A stretch of 64,000 bases of DNA from Clostridia bacterium. Its GTDB lineage: Bacteria > Bacillota > Clostridia > UMGS1883. The DNA lies in NCBI GenBank assembly GCA_045656645.1, contig JAZORN010000094.1:8522-72521 (forward strand), given 5' to 3'. Position numbers and translations under genes: made by a program. The notes under the pieces were generated by a model. It had not been told where the DNA came from and searched no databases. It was given only the letters and a program-made list of their open reading frames with translations. The stretch's first letter is position 1; each line of letters opens with the position of its first letter. Below, in pieces: positions 1 to 9,767 of the stretch.

Positions 1-2
1 GT

Positions 3-404
3 ATGTTTTTTACGCAAAAACAGTTGAAAGCCAGAGAGTACAGTCCTCTTGCACTGGCGTATATAGGCGACAGTGTATATGATTTATATATAAGGACAAG
101 GGTACTCGAAAAGGGTAACAGACACGTAACGGATATGCATAAGGACTCTGTACGGTTTGTAAAGGCAAATGCACAGGCACAAAGTGCCCACGCATTTGAA
201 AAGTTTCTTACAGAGGATGAAATGCGTGTCTTAAAGTGGGGCAGAAATGCAAAAAGCAACACATCACCCAAAAATGCAGATATTACAGATTACCGTCTTG
301 CGACGGGATTTGAAACACTTTTGGGGTATTTGTACCTCGAGGGTGAAACAGAGCGGCTTTCCTTCCTTATGGAAAAGGCATATGCCGCAATTGAAAGTGA
401 ATAG
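3..404 (+). CDS. mrnC: Mini-ribonuclease 3 (Mini-III, MrnC)
   Basis: 133 aa. Motif LALAYIGDSVYDLYIR and the size are typical of Mini-III. The ATG at 3 may be the true start or the gene may begin upstream of the window. Confidence 0.7.
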   Translation: MFFTQKQLKAREYSPLALAYIGDSVYDLYIRTRVLEKGNRHVTDMHKDSVRFVKANAQAQSAHAFEKFLTEDEMRVLKWGRNAKSNTSPKNADITDYRLATGFETLLGYLYLEGETERLSFLMEKAYAAIESE

Positions 405-436
405 AATTATATATTAACATAGGAGTGATAGTAACA

Positions 437-1267
437 ATGAAAAATTCAACACAAATTCATGCCTATCAGGCAAGAAAGCACGCTCTTACCGGTATTTACA
501 ATGCCGCATCAGGCCATCCGGGCGGAAGTCTTTCAATAGCTGATATTCTGTCAGTGCTTTATTTTGAAAAGATGAACATTGATCCTGAAAACCCGAAAAT
601 GGCAGACCGTGACAGATTTGTTCTTTCAAAAGGTCACTGTGCGCCTGTTCTTTACGGTATTTTGGCAGAGAGAGGGTATTTCCCCACAGAGCACTGTGCA
701 ACATTCCGTCAGGCTTCTTCAAATCTTCAGGGACATCCTGATATGAAGGGCGTTCCCGGTGTTGATATGTCAACAGGTTCACTTGGTCAGGGTATTTCTG
801 CAGCAAACGGTATGGCACTTAGTGCAAAGCTTGATAACAAGGATTACCGTGTATATACAATTTTAGGTGACGGTGAAATTGAAGAAGGTCAGGTTTGGGA
901 GGCTGCTATGTTTGCGGCACATTATAAGCTTGACAATCTTACAGCATTTCTTGATTTTAACGGACTTCAGATTGATGGTGACATCAGAGAGGTTATGAAT
1001 TCAACCCCCATCGATAAGAAGTTTGAGGCATTCAACTGGAATGTAATTACAATTGACGGACATGACTACGACCAGATAAGAAATGCAATTGACGAGGCGC
1101 AGACAGTAAAGGGTAAGCCTACCATTATCATAGCAAAGTGTGTAAAGGGTAAGGGCGTATCATTTATGGAAAATCAGGCAGGCTGGCACGGCGCTGCTCC
1201 GAACAAAGAGCAGTTTGAACAGGCAATAGCAGAGCTTGATGCAAAAATTGCAGAGCTTCAGGCGTAA
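437..1267 (+). CDS. Transketolase, N-terminal (TPP-binding) subunit of a split transketolase
   Basis: The 277-aa product has the TPP-binding GDGE motif (ILGDGEIEEGQVWEAA) and GHPGGSLS. The start was set at ATG 437, which follows RBS AGGAGTGA. The C-terminal subunit gene follows immediately. Confidence 0.85.
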   Translation: MKNSTQIHAYQARKHALTGIYNAASGHPGGSLSIADILSVLYFEKMNIDPENPKMADRDRFVLSKGHCAPVLYGILAERGYFPTEHCATFRQASSNLQGHPDMKGVPGVDMSTGSLGQGISAANGMALSAKLDNKDYRVYTILGDGEIEEGQVWEAAMFAAHYKLDNLTAFLDFNGLQIDGDIREVMNSTPIDKKFEAFNWNVITIDGHDYDQIRNAIDEAQTVKGKPTIIIAKCVKGKGVSFMENQAGWHGAAPNKEQFEQAIAELDAKIAELQA

Positions 1268-1298
1268 TTAAGCTTTAAAAGAAAGGAATGTGTGAATT

Positions 1299-2246
1299 AT
1301 GGCTATAGGTGATAAGAAAGCAACCCGTGAAAGCTACGGTATGGCTCTTGCGGAGCTTGGTGAAAAATATGATATTGTTGTTATGGATGCTGACCTTTCC
1401 AAATCAACAAAGACAGATACTTTTAAAAAAAAATTTCCTGAAAGATTTATAAATACAGGTATTGCGGAGGGTAATATGCTCTCAACCGCTGCAGGTCTTG
1501 CAACAACGGGTAAGATTGTTTTTGCAAGCTCCTTTGCAATGTTTGCTGCAGGACGAGCTTTCGAGCAGATCCGTAACTCTATCGGTTATCCGCACCTTAA
1601 TGTAAAAATCGGTGCAACGCACGCAGGTATCAGCGTTGGTGAGGACGGTGCAACACATCAGTGCCTTGAGGATATGGGTATTATGCGTACTATTCCCGGA
1701 ATGGTAATTATCAATCCTGCAGACCACGTTGAGGCTATGGCGGCAGTTGAGGCTGCAGTTAAATACGAAGGACCTGTATATCTTCGTTTCGGCAGACTTC
1801 CCGTACCTCAGATTTATGATGAAAATACATACAAGTTTGAAATCGGTAAGGGTGTTCAGCTTGAAGAGGGTACAGATGCAACAATCGTTGCAACAGGTCT
1901 TATGGTGCCTTATGCTCTTGAGGCACGTCAGCTTCTTAAGGCAGAGGGTATTGATGCAGCAGTTGTAAACATTCATACAATTAAACCTATTGACAGAGAA
2001 ATCATTAAAAAGGCTGCCCAAAAGACAGGCGCAATCGTTACTGCAGAGGAGCATAATGTAAACTGCGGTCTTGGCAGTGCAGTTGCAGAGGTTCTTTGCG
2101 AGGAGTGCCCCGTTCCTATGCTCAGAGTAGGTACGCAGGACGTATTCGGTAAGAGCGGTAAGCCTTACGAGCTTCTTAAGGAATACGGACTTTCTGCAGA
2201 AAATATTGCAGAACAGGTTAAAAAAGCTATCAGTTTGAAAAAGTGA
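1299..2246 (+). CDS. Transketolase, C-terminal (pyrimidine-binding) subunit
   Basis: 315 aa, homologous to the C-terminal half of transketolase (FAMFAAGRAFEQIRNS, GATHAGISVGEDGATHQ). It is adjacent to the N-terminal subunit gene. Confidence 0.85.
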   Translation: MAIGDKKATRESYGMALAELGEKYDIVVMDADLSKSTKTDTFKKKFPERFINTGIAEGNMLSTAAGLATTGKIVFASSFAMFAAGRAFEQIRNSIGYPHLNVKIGATHAGISVGEDGATHQCLEDMGIMRTIPGMVIINPADHVEAMAAVEAAVKYEGPVYLRFGRLPVPQIYDENTYKFEIGKGVQLEEGTDATIVATGLMVPYALEARQLLKAEGIDAAVVNIHTIKPIDREIIKKAAQKTGAIVTAEEHNVNCGLGSAVAEVLCEECPVPMLRVGTQDVFGKSGKPYELLKEYGLSAENIAEQVKKAISLKK

Positions 2247-2266
2247 AAAAGTAAGGATTTGTTTGA

Positions 2267-4447
2267 ATGAACGAACTTTTAAAAGAACTTAATAGTCAGC
2301 AAAGAGAGGCCGCGACATCAGTTGGCGGCCCTCTTCTGGTATTAGCAGGTGCGGGCAGCGGAAAAACACGTGTGCTGACATACAGAATTGCATATATGAT
2401 AGGTGAAAAGGGAGTAGCCCCGTGGAATATTCTTGCCATAACCTTTACCAATAAAGCGGCAAAGGAAATGGCAGACCGTGTGGAAAAGCTTATCGGCGAA
2501 ACTGCAAAGGATATGTGGGTGAGAACTTTCCATTCTGCGTGTGTGCGGATATTAAGACGTGATATTGACCGTATCGGCTATGACAGAAATTTTAATATAA
2601 TTGATTCAGATGACCAGAAATCAGTTGTGAAAGAGTGTTTAAAGGAGCTTGGTTTTGACGAAAAGGAATTTCCGCCAAGAAGTGTTATGAGTGAGATTTC
2701 CTTTGCAAAGGACAAGCTTTTAACACCCGCAGAGTATGCACTCGAATACGCTGATGATTACAGAAAAAAACAGATTGCAAATCTGTATTCGCTTTATCAG
2801 AAGAAGCTTAAAGTGGCAAATGACCTTGATTTTGACGATTTAATTATGCTGACGGTAAAGCTTTTTTCTGATGCGCCTGATGTGCTGGAGTTTTATCAGA
2901 ATAAGTTCCGCTATATCTTAGTAGACGAGTATCAGGATACAAACAAGGCGCAAAACGAGCTTATTATGATGCTCGCAAAAGAGCATAGAAACCTTTGCGT
3001 TGTCGGTGATGACGACCAGAGTATATATAAGTTCAGGGGTGCAGATATTTCAAACATCCTTGACTTTGAAAAGGAATTTACCGATGCACGTGTTATAAGG
3101 CTTGAACAGAATTACCGTTCAACGCAAAATATCCTTGATGCGGCAAACAATGTTATAAAAAATAACTTTGGCAGAAAGGGTAAAAACCTCTGGACAGACA
3201 AGGGTGAGGGTGAGAAAATCACTGTATACAAGGCACCAAATGAGCATGATGAGGCATCATATATTGCCGACAAAATGTATTCTTTAAGCATTAACGGCTA
3301 CCGCTACAGTGATATGGCAGTGCTTTACAGGGCAAATTCCTCCTCACGTACACTTGAAGAAGTTTTTATGCGTAAGGCAGTGCCCTACAGAGTTCTGGCA
3401 GGTCTCAGGTTCTACGACCGTAAGGAAATACGTGATATGATTGCGTATTTAAGGCTTATCAAAAACCCTGATGATGATATAAGCCTTAAGAGAATTATTA
3501 ACACTCCGTCACGAAAAATCGGTAAGGTTACGCTTGATAAAATTGCGGCGGCGGCCGAGCGTGAGGGATGCAGCCTTCTTAAAGCGATAGGAAATCATAT
3601 TGATACTCTTGGTGCATCTGTGGCTGAGTTTTACAAGCTTATAGAGGAGCTTTTAGTCATTGCACGTGAAAACACAATTCCTGAACTTATAGAGGCTGTT
3701 TATGAAAAAAGCGGCTACAAAGAGTTTTTAAAAACTGATGAAAAGGCTCAGGAGCGTGACGAAAATATCGGTGAGCTTATAAACGGTGCCGCAAATTATA
3801 CAGAGAATAACGAGGGAGCAACGTTTGAAGAATATATGGATAACCTTGCCCTTATAAGTGATATTGATAATTATGACGAGGAGCTTGATGCTGCCGTATT
3901 TATGACAATGCATGCAGCAAAAGGTCTTGAGTTCCCGATTGTATTTATATGCGGATTTGATGAAGGTATTTTTCCAAGCTTTATGAGTGGCTACAACAGT
4001 GAAGAAACGGAGGAGGAACGACGCCTTTGCTATGTGGGCATAACCCGTGCGAGGGAGAAATTACACCTTACGTGTGCACACAGCCGTATGCTCTACGGAA
4101 AAACGTCAAATTACAAGCCTTCAAGATTTTTGGAGGAAATCCCCGAAAATCTTAAGGAGATAATTGATAATTCACCAAGCTCAGGTGATTATGATATAAA
4201 AATTCCCAAGGCAGTAAGCCATAACGCACCTGAAAGCTCGCTGTATGCGAGTGCACCCGCTATGCCAAGGCGTGAGAAAACGCAAGTCTTTAGTGCGGGG
4301 GATTGTGTAATCCATAAAAAATTCGGCAGGGGAATTATTATCAGTGCAAATAGTGTCGGAAATGATATTCATTACGAAATTGCTTTTGAAAGCGTAGGAA
4401 CGAAAAACCTTCTGGGACTTTACGCAAAGCTTGAAAAGGGTGATTGA
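2267..4447 (+). CDS. pcrA: ATP-dependent DNA helicase PcrA (UvrD/Rep family)
   Basis: 726 aa. Walker A GAGSGKTRVLTYRIAYMI, DEYQDTN (motif II) and the helicase C-terminal motifs are present. Length and gene order match pcrA. Confidence 0.85.
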   Translation: MNELLKELNSQQREAATSVGGPLLVLAGAGSGKTRVLTYRIAYMIGEKGVAPWNILAITFTNKAAKEMADRVEKLIGETAKDMWVRTFHSACVRILRRDIDRIGYDRNFNIIDSDDQKSVVKECLKELGFDEKEFPPRSVMSEISFAKDKLLTPAEYALEYADDYRKKQIANLYSLYQKKLKVANDLDFDDLIMLTVKLFSDAPDVLEFYQNKFRYILVDEYQDTNKAQNELIMMLAKEHRNLCVVGDDDQSIYKFRGADISNILDFEKEFTDARVIRLEQNYRSTQNILDAANNVIKNNFGRKGKNLWTDKGEGEKITVYKAPNEHDEASYIADKMYSLSINGYRYSDMAVLYRANSSSRTLEEVFMRKAVPYRVLAGLRFYDRKEIRDMIAYLRLIKNPDDDISLKRIINTPSRKIGKVTLDKIAAAAEREGCSLLKAIGNHIDTLGASVAEFYKLIEELLVIARENTIPELIEAVYEKSGYKEFLKTDEKAQERDENIGELINGAANYTENNEGATFEEYMDNLALISDIDNYDEELDAAVFMTMHAAKGLEFPIVFICGFDEGIFPSFMSGYNSEETEEERRLCYVGITRAREKLHLTCAHSRMLYGKTSNYKPSRFLEEIPENLKEIIDNSPSSGDYDIKIPKAVSHNAPESSLYASAPAMPRREKTQVFSAGDCVIHKKFGRGIIISANSVGNDIHYEIAFESVGTKNLLGLYAKLEKGD

Positions 4448-4448
4448 T

Positions 4449-5189
4449 GTGTATAACGATTTTGCCTATTTATATGATGAACTGATTAATGATGTTGATT
4501 ACAAAAAATGGGTTGATTATTATTATAAGATTTTCAGCCGCTTCGGACATACCCCAAGGCTCGGTCTTGACCTCGGCTGCGGAACGGGTAATATGACAAC
4601 ACAGTTTGCAGCGAGAGGGGTAGATATGACAGGTGTTGACCTTTCTGAGGATATGCTCGCGGTAGCACGTGAAAAGTCGGAGGGTATGGACATACTCTAC
4701 CTTAATCAGGATATGCGCAGTTTTGAGCTTTACGGAACGGTTGATTTTATTATTTCAAGTCTTGACTGTATAAACTATATCACCGATAAAAGAGATTTGC
4801 TGAAGGTTTTTCGCCTTGTAAACAATTACCTTGACCCTGGCGGACTTTTTATATTCGATATTAATACCCGATGCAAATTAGAGAATATTCTGGGAAATAA
4901 TACATATATACTTGAAAATGATGATGTGTTCTGTTCGTGGCAGAACGAGTATGATAAGGTTCGCAGAATTTGTGATTTTTATCTGACGTTTTTCTGCAAA
5001 CAAGGAAACGTATACGAGCGCTTTGATGAACAGCACTCCGAAAGGGCATATGATATACCTGAAATAACTGCTCTTATTGAAAAAGCAGGGATGAGAGTTT
5101 TAAATGTATATGATAATCTAAGCTTTAATGCACCAAAGAAAAACAGTGAAAGAGTATTCTTTGTGGTGCAGGAACAGGGGAAACGATGA
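4449..5189 (+). CDS. Class I SAM-dependent methyltransferase
   Basis: SAM-binding motif LDLGCGTGNMT. The most likely start is GTG 4449, after RBS AAAAGGGTGA. The ORF could extend back to 4431. Confidence 0.7.
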   Translation: MYNDFAYLYDELINDVDYKKWVDYYYKIFSRFGHTPRLGLDLGCGTGNMTTQFAARGVDMTGVDLSEDMLAVAREKSEGMDILYLNQDMRSFELYGTVDFIISSLDCINYITDKRDLLKVFRLVNNYLDPGGLFIFDINTRCKLENILGNNTYILENDDVFCSWQNEYDKVRRICDFYLTFFCKQGNVYERFDEQHSERAYDIPEITALIEKAGMRVLNVYDNLSFNAPKKNSERVFFVVQEQGKR

Positions 5190-6424
5190 TGGTTGTAGTT
5201 ATAGGCGGCGGTGCGGCAGGACTGATGGCGGCAATTACTGCGGCACAAAACGGTGCCGATGTAACGGTAATTGAAAAAAATGCCGATGTTGGAAAAAAGA
5301 TTCTCATTACAGGTAAAGGCAGATGTAATGTGACAAATGCGTGTGTGACGCAGGAAATTTTTGAAAACATTCCCACAAACGCAAACTTTCTCTACAGTGC
5401 CATTTACGGCTTTACAAATTATGATGTAATGGATTTTTTTGAAAACTGCGGCGTACCACTCAAAACAGAGCGTGGAGAGCGTGTGTTTCCTCAAAGTGAC
5501 CGTGCAAGGGATATTGTAGATGCACTGAAAAGAAAGGCAAACGGGCTTGGTGTAAAAATAATTCGCGGACGCGCAGAAGAAATAATTACCAAGGGCGAAA
5601 AAATCAGCGGAGTTAAAACTGATGCACAGACCATTTTTGCTGACAAGGTCATTGTAGCCACGGGCGGAAAAAGCTATCCTAAAACAGGCTCAACGGGGGA
5701 CGGATATAAAATAGCTCAAAAAATAGGGCACAGTGTTACAAAGATAAAGCCTGCCCTTGTACCCGTTGAAACGATAGAGGATACGTCAGCACTTATGGGG
5801 CTTTCGCTGAGAAATGTCAGCGTAAGTGTATTTGATAAAAATAACCGTAAGCTGCACAGTGATTTTGGCGAAATGCTGTTTACGCATTTCGGTCTTACGG
5901 GCCCTCTTATTTTATCTTCAAGCAGCCATATGGGTGAAGCACCTGACGGGGTACGGATAGAAATAGATTTAAAGAGTGCACTTGACGAAGAAACCCTTGA
6001 TAAAAGAATTTTAAGAGATTTTGAAAAGTATAAGAACAGAAATTTTGAAAATGCACTCTCTGACCTTCTCCCGTCAAAAATGATTGGGTACATTATAGAG
6101 AGGTCGCAAATTGACCGTTTTAAAAAGGTTAATTCTATTACAAAGGAAGAAAGAAAACGGCTTTTATATACGTTAAAGCATCTTACCTTTACAGTCAAAG
6201 GTTACCGCAGTGTAGAAGAGGCTATTGTAACCTCGGGCGGGATTAATGTTAAAGAAATCAATGCCTCTACAATGGAAAGTAAGATAGTAAAAGGGCTTTA
6301 TTTTGCAGGTGAGGTAATTGACGTTGATGCATATACGGGCGGTTTTAATCTGCAGATAGCTTTTTCGACGGGCGCATTGGCAGGCGAAAAAGCTGCAAAG
6401 GAGGAAATGAAAGAAAATGACTAA
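5186..6424 (+). CDS. NAD(P)/FAD-dependent oxidoreductase (HI0933/YhiN-like flavoprotein)
   Basis: N-terminal dinucleotide-binding motif VVIGGGAAGLMAA. About 410 aa, consistent with the HI0933 family. Confidence 0.7.
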   Translation: MMVVVIGGGAAGLMAAITAAQNGADVTVIEKNADVGKKILITGKGRCNVTNACVTQEIFENIPTNANFLYSAIYGFTNYDVMDFFENCGVPLKTERGERVFPQSDRARDIVDALKRKANGLGVKIIRGRAEEIITKGEKISGVKTDAQTIFADKVIVATGGKSYPKTGSTGDGYKIAQKIGHSVTKIKPALVPVETIEDTSALMGLSLRNVSVSVFDKNNRKLHSDFGEMLFTHFGLTGPLILSSSSHMGEAPDGVRIEIDLKSALDEETLDKRILRDFEKYKNRNFENALSDLLPSKMIGYIIERSQIDRFKKVNSITKEERKRLLYTLKHLTFTVKGYRSVEEAIVTSGGINVKEINASTMESKIVKGLYFAGEVIDVDAYTGGFNLQIAFSTGALAGEKAAKEEMKEND

Positions 6425-7082
6425 GATTGCAATTGACGGTCCTGCGGGTGCAGGAAAAAGCACAATTTCAAAGAAGGTGGCATCATCACTCGGGTTTGTA
6501 TACATTGACACGGGTGCAATGTACCGCACAGTAGGATTAAAGGCGGTAAGATGCGGTGTAGATACAAATGATGAAAAAGGTGTTATAGAGCTTTTGCCCT
6601 CTCTTGATATTGACATCAGGCACGAAGGGGTAGAGCAGCACATCTACCTTGACGGGGAAAATGTCTCGGACAAGATACGCACACCGCAGATTTCAATGGC
6701 AGCAAGCAATGTTTCAAGAATCCCTGCAGTAAGACTTGCAATGGTTGATATGCAGAGAAAGCTTGCCCAGAATCACGACGTAGTAATGGACGGCAGAGAT
6801 ATTGCAAGTTATGTTTTACCTGATGCTGAAATTAAAATCTTTTTAACGGCATCTGTTGATGCACGTGCAAAAAGAAGATATGACGAGCTTTTGGAAAAAG
6901 GCGAGAGTGTAAGCTTTGAAGATGTGAAAAAAGAGATGATACAGCGTGATACAAATGACTCTACACGTGAGTTTGCACCGCTTACTGTTGCAGACGGGGC
7001 AGAGGTTATTGATACATCAGAGCTTACCCTTAGTGAGTCTATCGATAAAGTAATTAATTATGTGAGGGAAAATATAAAATGA
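6417..7082 (+). CDS. cmk: Cytidylate kinase
   Basis: IAIDGPAGAGKST P-loop. The 221-aa size fits Cmk. Confidence 0.9.
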   Translation: MTKIAIDGPAGAGKSTISKKVASSLGFVYIDTGAMYRTVGLKAVRCGVDTNDEKGVIELLPSLDIDIRHEGVEQHIYLDGENVSDKIRTPQISMAASNVSRIPAVRLAMVDMQRKLAQNHDVVMDGRDIASYVLPDAEIKIFLTASVDARAKRRYDELLEKGESVSFEDVKKEMIQRDTNDSTREFAPLTVADGAEVIDTSELTLSESIDKVINYVRENIK

Positions 7083-7663
7083 GTTTTTATAATATAGCGA
7101 TTAATGTTATCGGCTGCGTTTTAAAAGTATGTATGCGCTTTAAAATCAAGGGAAAGGAAAATATCCCTTCGCAGGGAGCCTTTCTTTTGTGTTCTAACCA
7201 CATGAGTGCAATGGACCCTATATTAATTGCGGCAGGGTGTAAGCGTCAGCTTACCTTTATGGCAAAGGAGGAACTTTTTAAGGTGTTTCTATTAGGGCAT
7301 CTTATAAAAGCCCTTGGCGCATTTCCTATAAAGAGGGGCAGAGGTGATGCAGCGGCAGTTATGGCAACTCTTAAAATAATGAAAAGGGGCGGCGCAACGC
7401 TTATTTTCCCCGAGGGAACACGAATGAAAAAAGGTGAACGCAAGGAAGTAAGCGGCGGTATTATACGCCTTGCAATACAGTCAGGTGTGCCGATAGTACC
7501 TGCATACGTTACGAAAAATACTGTTACATACGGAAAACCGATTTCTTATGATGAGTACGTAGAAAATGTTCAGGATGCGGGCAAAATGCAAGCACTTGCA
7601 GATAATTTAATGGACACAATTTATTCTCTCGATAATAAGAAATTACTTCAAGAGGTGGGTTGA
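7079..7663 (+). CDS. plsC: 1-acyl-sn-glycerol-3-phosphate acyltransferase
   Basis: The HxxxxD acyltransferase motif (NHMSAMDP) and FPEGTR are present. The gene overlaps cmk by 4 nt. Confidence 0.8.
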   Translation: MSFYNIAINVIGCVLKVCMRFKIKGKENIPSQGAFLLCSNHMSAMDPILIAAGCKRQLTFMAKEELFKVFLLGHLIKALGAFPIKRGRGDAAAVMATLKIMKRGGATLIFPEGTRMKKGERKEVSGGIIRLAIQSGVPIVPAYVTKNTVTYGKPISYDEYVENVQDAGKMQALADNLMDTIYSLDNKKLLQEVG

Positions 7664-9673
7664 TTGAGTACACTGACAGTACAGATTGCAGATAAGGCGG
7701 GCTTTTGCTTTGGTGTCAGCAGAGCGGTTAAAATCGCCGAGGAGGGGGCAGAAACCAAAAAAATCGCAACACTCGGCCCGATTATTCATAACCATTTTGT
7801 AACAGATGCACTTAAAGAAAAAGGTGTTCGTATTATAAATTCCCCGCTTGAGGCACAAAAGGACGAAACCGTTGTTATAAGAAGCCACGGTATAAGTAAA
7901 AAAGAGCAGGAGCTTCTTATAGAAAATAACATAGACTTTATCGATGCGACGTGTCCGTTTGTGAAGAAGATACACAATATAGTAAAGGATGCTTATGCCG
8001 AAAATCAGGAAATTGTAATTATCGGAGATAAACTGCATCCTGAGGTAAAGGGCATTAACGGGTGGTGCAATGACAGTGCGGTTGTTATCGAAACTGCCGA
8101 AGATGCTGAAAAATTGACATTTTCTGTTAAAAAAGAGGTGTGTGTTGTAGCACAAACAACTTTTGAACGGGAATTATGGAAAAAAATTACGAAAATTATA
8201 AAAAAGACTTGCCAAAGTGCTATAGTTTTTGATACAATATGTAGTGCTACGAATGAACGACAAAAATATGCCGCTCAGCTTGCAAAAGAGAGTGATGTAT
8301 TTATAGTTGTCGGCGGCAGACATAGCTCAAACACTAAAAAATTATTTGACATTGCCGCAGCTCTATGTAAAAACACCTTTTTGGTGGAGGAGGCGAGTGA
8401 GCTTCCCGAAAACATTGCACAGCTTGGACATTCGGTCGGTATAACCGCCGGTGCATCGACACCGGAGCATATCATTAAGGAGGTTTTAGAAACCATGGTA
8501 GAAGAAAAAAACACTAATATTCAAGGAAATGGAGAGCCTACATTTGCCGAGGCATTTGAACAATCCCTCGTCACTTTAAATACAGGACAGGTTGTAACGG
8601 GTACCGTTATCGGCATTACCCCCACAGAAGTATATGTAGACCTTGGCTATAAGGCTGACGGCATCATCCCTGTGGACGAGCTTTCTGACGATCCGTCAGT
8701 AAGCCCCAATGAAGTTGTTAAGGTTGGCGACGAGGTTGAGGTATTTGTTGTAAGAGTTAACGATGTTGAAGGCTATGTAAAGCTTTCAAAGAAGAAAATT
8801 GATGCTATCAAGGGATGGCAGTCAATCGAGGCAGCTTACGAGTCTGGTGAAATCCTTACAGGACGTATTGTTGAGGATGTAAATCGTGGCGTAATCGCAC
8901 TTGTAAACGGTTGCAGAATTTTCATTCCTGCTTCTATGGCAAGTGAGAGATTTATGAAGGATCTTTCTTCTCTCGTTGGAACAGAGGCAAGATTTAAGAT
9001 TGTAAACATCCGTGAGGACAGACGTGGCAGAAAGGCTATCGGATCAATCAAGGTTGTTGCACAGGCAGAGCGTGCTGAAAAGGTTGAAAAGTTTATGGCT
9101 GATGTAGAAGAGGGCAAGACATACACAGGTACTGTTAAGACTCTTACAGATTTCGGTGCATTTGTTGACCTTGGCGGCGTAGACGGTCTTATCCCGATTT
9201 CTCAGCTTAGCTGGCAGAGAATTAAGCATCCGTCAGAGGTTCTCAGTGTTGGTGACAGCGTTGAGGTTACAATCCTTAAGGTTGACAAGGAAACTACTAA
9301 GGTTTCTCTCGGATATAAGAAGGCAGAGGACAACCCCTGGGAGATTGCGAAGAGCAAGTTTAACGAGGGTGACGTTGTAAGCGCTAAGGTTGTTCGTCTC
9401 GTTCCGTTTGGTGCTTTTGTTGAGCTTATCCCCGGAATTGACGGTCTTATCCACATTTCTCAGATTGCTGATAAGAGAATTGGTAAGCCTGCTGACGTTC
9501 TTACCGTTGGTGAGATGGTTGATGCTAAGATTACCGAAATCAACTGGGATGAAAAGAAAATCGGTCTTTCAATCAGAGTTTTGATTGAAGAGGCTAAGAA
9601 GGAAACTGAAACTAATACAGAGGATGCTCCTGCTGATGTAGAAGTTACTGAGGAAGCAGCAACAGAAGAATAA
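7664..9673 (+). CDS. ispH: Bifunctional 4-hydroxy-3-methylbut-2-enyl diphosphate reductase (IspH/LytB) fused to ribosomal protein S1 domains
   Basis: 669 aa. The N-terminal roughly 280 aa are IspH-like (GFCFGVSRA, ATCPFV). The C-terminal part carries four S1 domains and an acidic tail. A TTG start is predicted. This fusion is typical of Clostridia. Confidence 0.8.
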   Translation: MSTLTVQIADKAGFCFGVSRAVKIAEEGAETKKIATLGPIIHNHFVTDALKEKGVRIINSPLEAQKDETVVIRSHGISKKEQELLIENNIDFIDATCPFVKKIHNIVKDAYAENQEIVIIGDKLHPEVKGINGWCNDSAVVIETAEDAEKLTFSVKKEVCVVAQTTFERELWKKITKIIKKTCQSAIVFDTICSATNERQKYAAQLAKESDVFIVVGGRHSSNTKKLFDIAAALCKNTFLVEEASELPENIAQLGHSVGITAGASTPEHIIKEVLETMVEEKNTNIQGNGEPTFAEAFEQSLVTLNTGQVVTGTVIGITPTEVYVDLGYKADGIIPVDELSDDPSVSPNEVVKVGDEVEVFVVRVNDVEGYVKLSKKKIDAIKGWQSIEAAYESGEILTGRIVEDVNRGVIALVNGCRIFIPASMASERFMKDLSSLVGTEARFKIVNIREDRRGRKAIGSIKVVAQAERAEKVEKFMADVEEGKTYTGTVKTLTDFGAFVDLGGVDGLIPISQLSWQRIKHPSEVLSVGDSVEVTILKVDKETTKVSLGYKKAEDNPWEIAKSKFNEGDVVSAKVVRLVPFGAFVELIPGIDGLIHISQIADKRIGKPADVLTVGEMVDAKITEINWDEKKIGLSIRVLIEEAKKETETNTEDAPADVEVTEEAATEE

Positions 9674-9681
9674 TGAAAACT

Positions 9682-9712
9682 AAAAGGCTTTGACGTTTCG
9701 TCAAAGCCTTAA
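9682..9712. terminator. Bidirectional hairpin terminator (AAGGCTTTGACG-TTT-CGTCAAAGCCTT)
   Basis: Perfect 12-bp inverted repeat immediately after the ispH-rpsA stop, between convergent genes. Confidence 0.6.
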
Positions 9713-9723
9713 TTTATCAAAAA

Positions 9724-9762
9724 TGTCACGATTTGGGGACAGTCCCCAAATGGTCACATTTT
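9724..9762 (-). terminator. Hairpin terminator for recG (ATTTGGGGAC-a-GTCCCCAAAT followed on the minus strand by a T-run)
   Basis: 10-bp inverted repeat. On the minus strand it is followed by CGTGACATTTTT. Confidence 0.5.
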
Positions 9763-9767
9763 TGGTT

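Noticed and set aside
1482-2054. 190-aa minus-strand ORF antisense to the transketolase C-subunit gene
   Set aside because: It lies wholly inside a strongly supported plus-strand gene, has a low-complexity Cys/Asn-rich translation, and has no RBS. It is typical antisense frame noise.
4979-5494. 171-aa and 83-aa minus-strand ORFs overlapping the methyltransferase and FAD-oxidoreductase genes
   Set aside because: They are antisense to two genes with clear family motifs and show no coding features of their own.
5716-6643. Minus-strand ORFs of 160 and 156 aa overlapping the oxidoreductase and cmk genes
   Set aside because: Shadow ORFs antisense to conserved genes.
7643-8155. 170-aa minus-strand ORF over the IspH domain
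   Set aside because: Antisense to the IspH coding region. Its odd composition gives no support.
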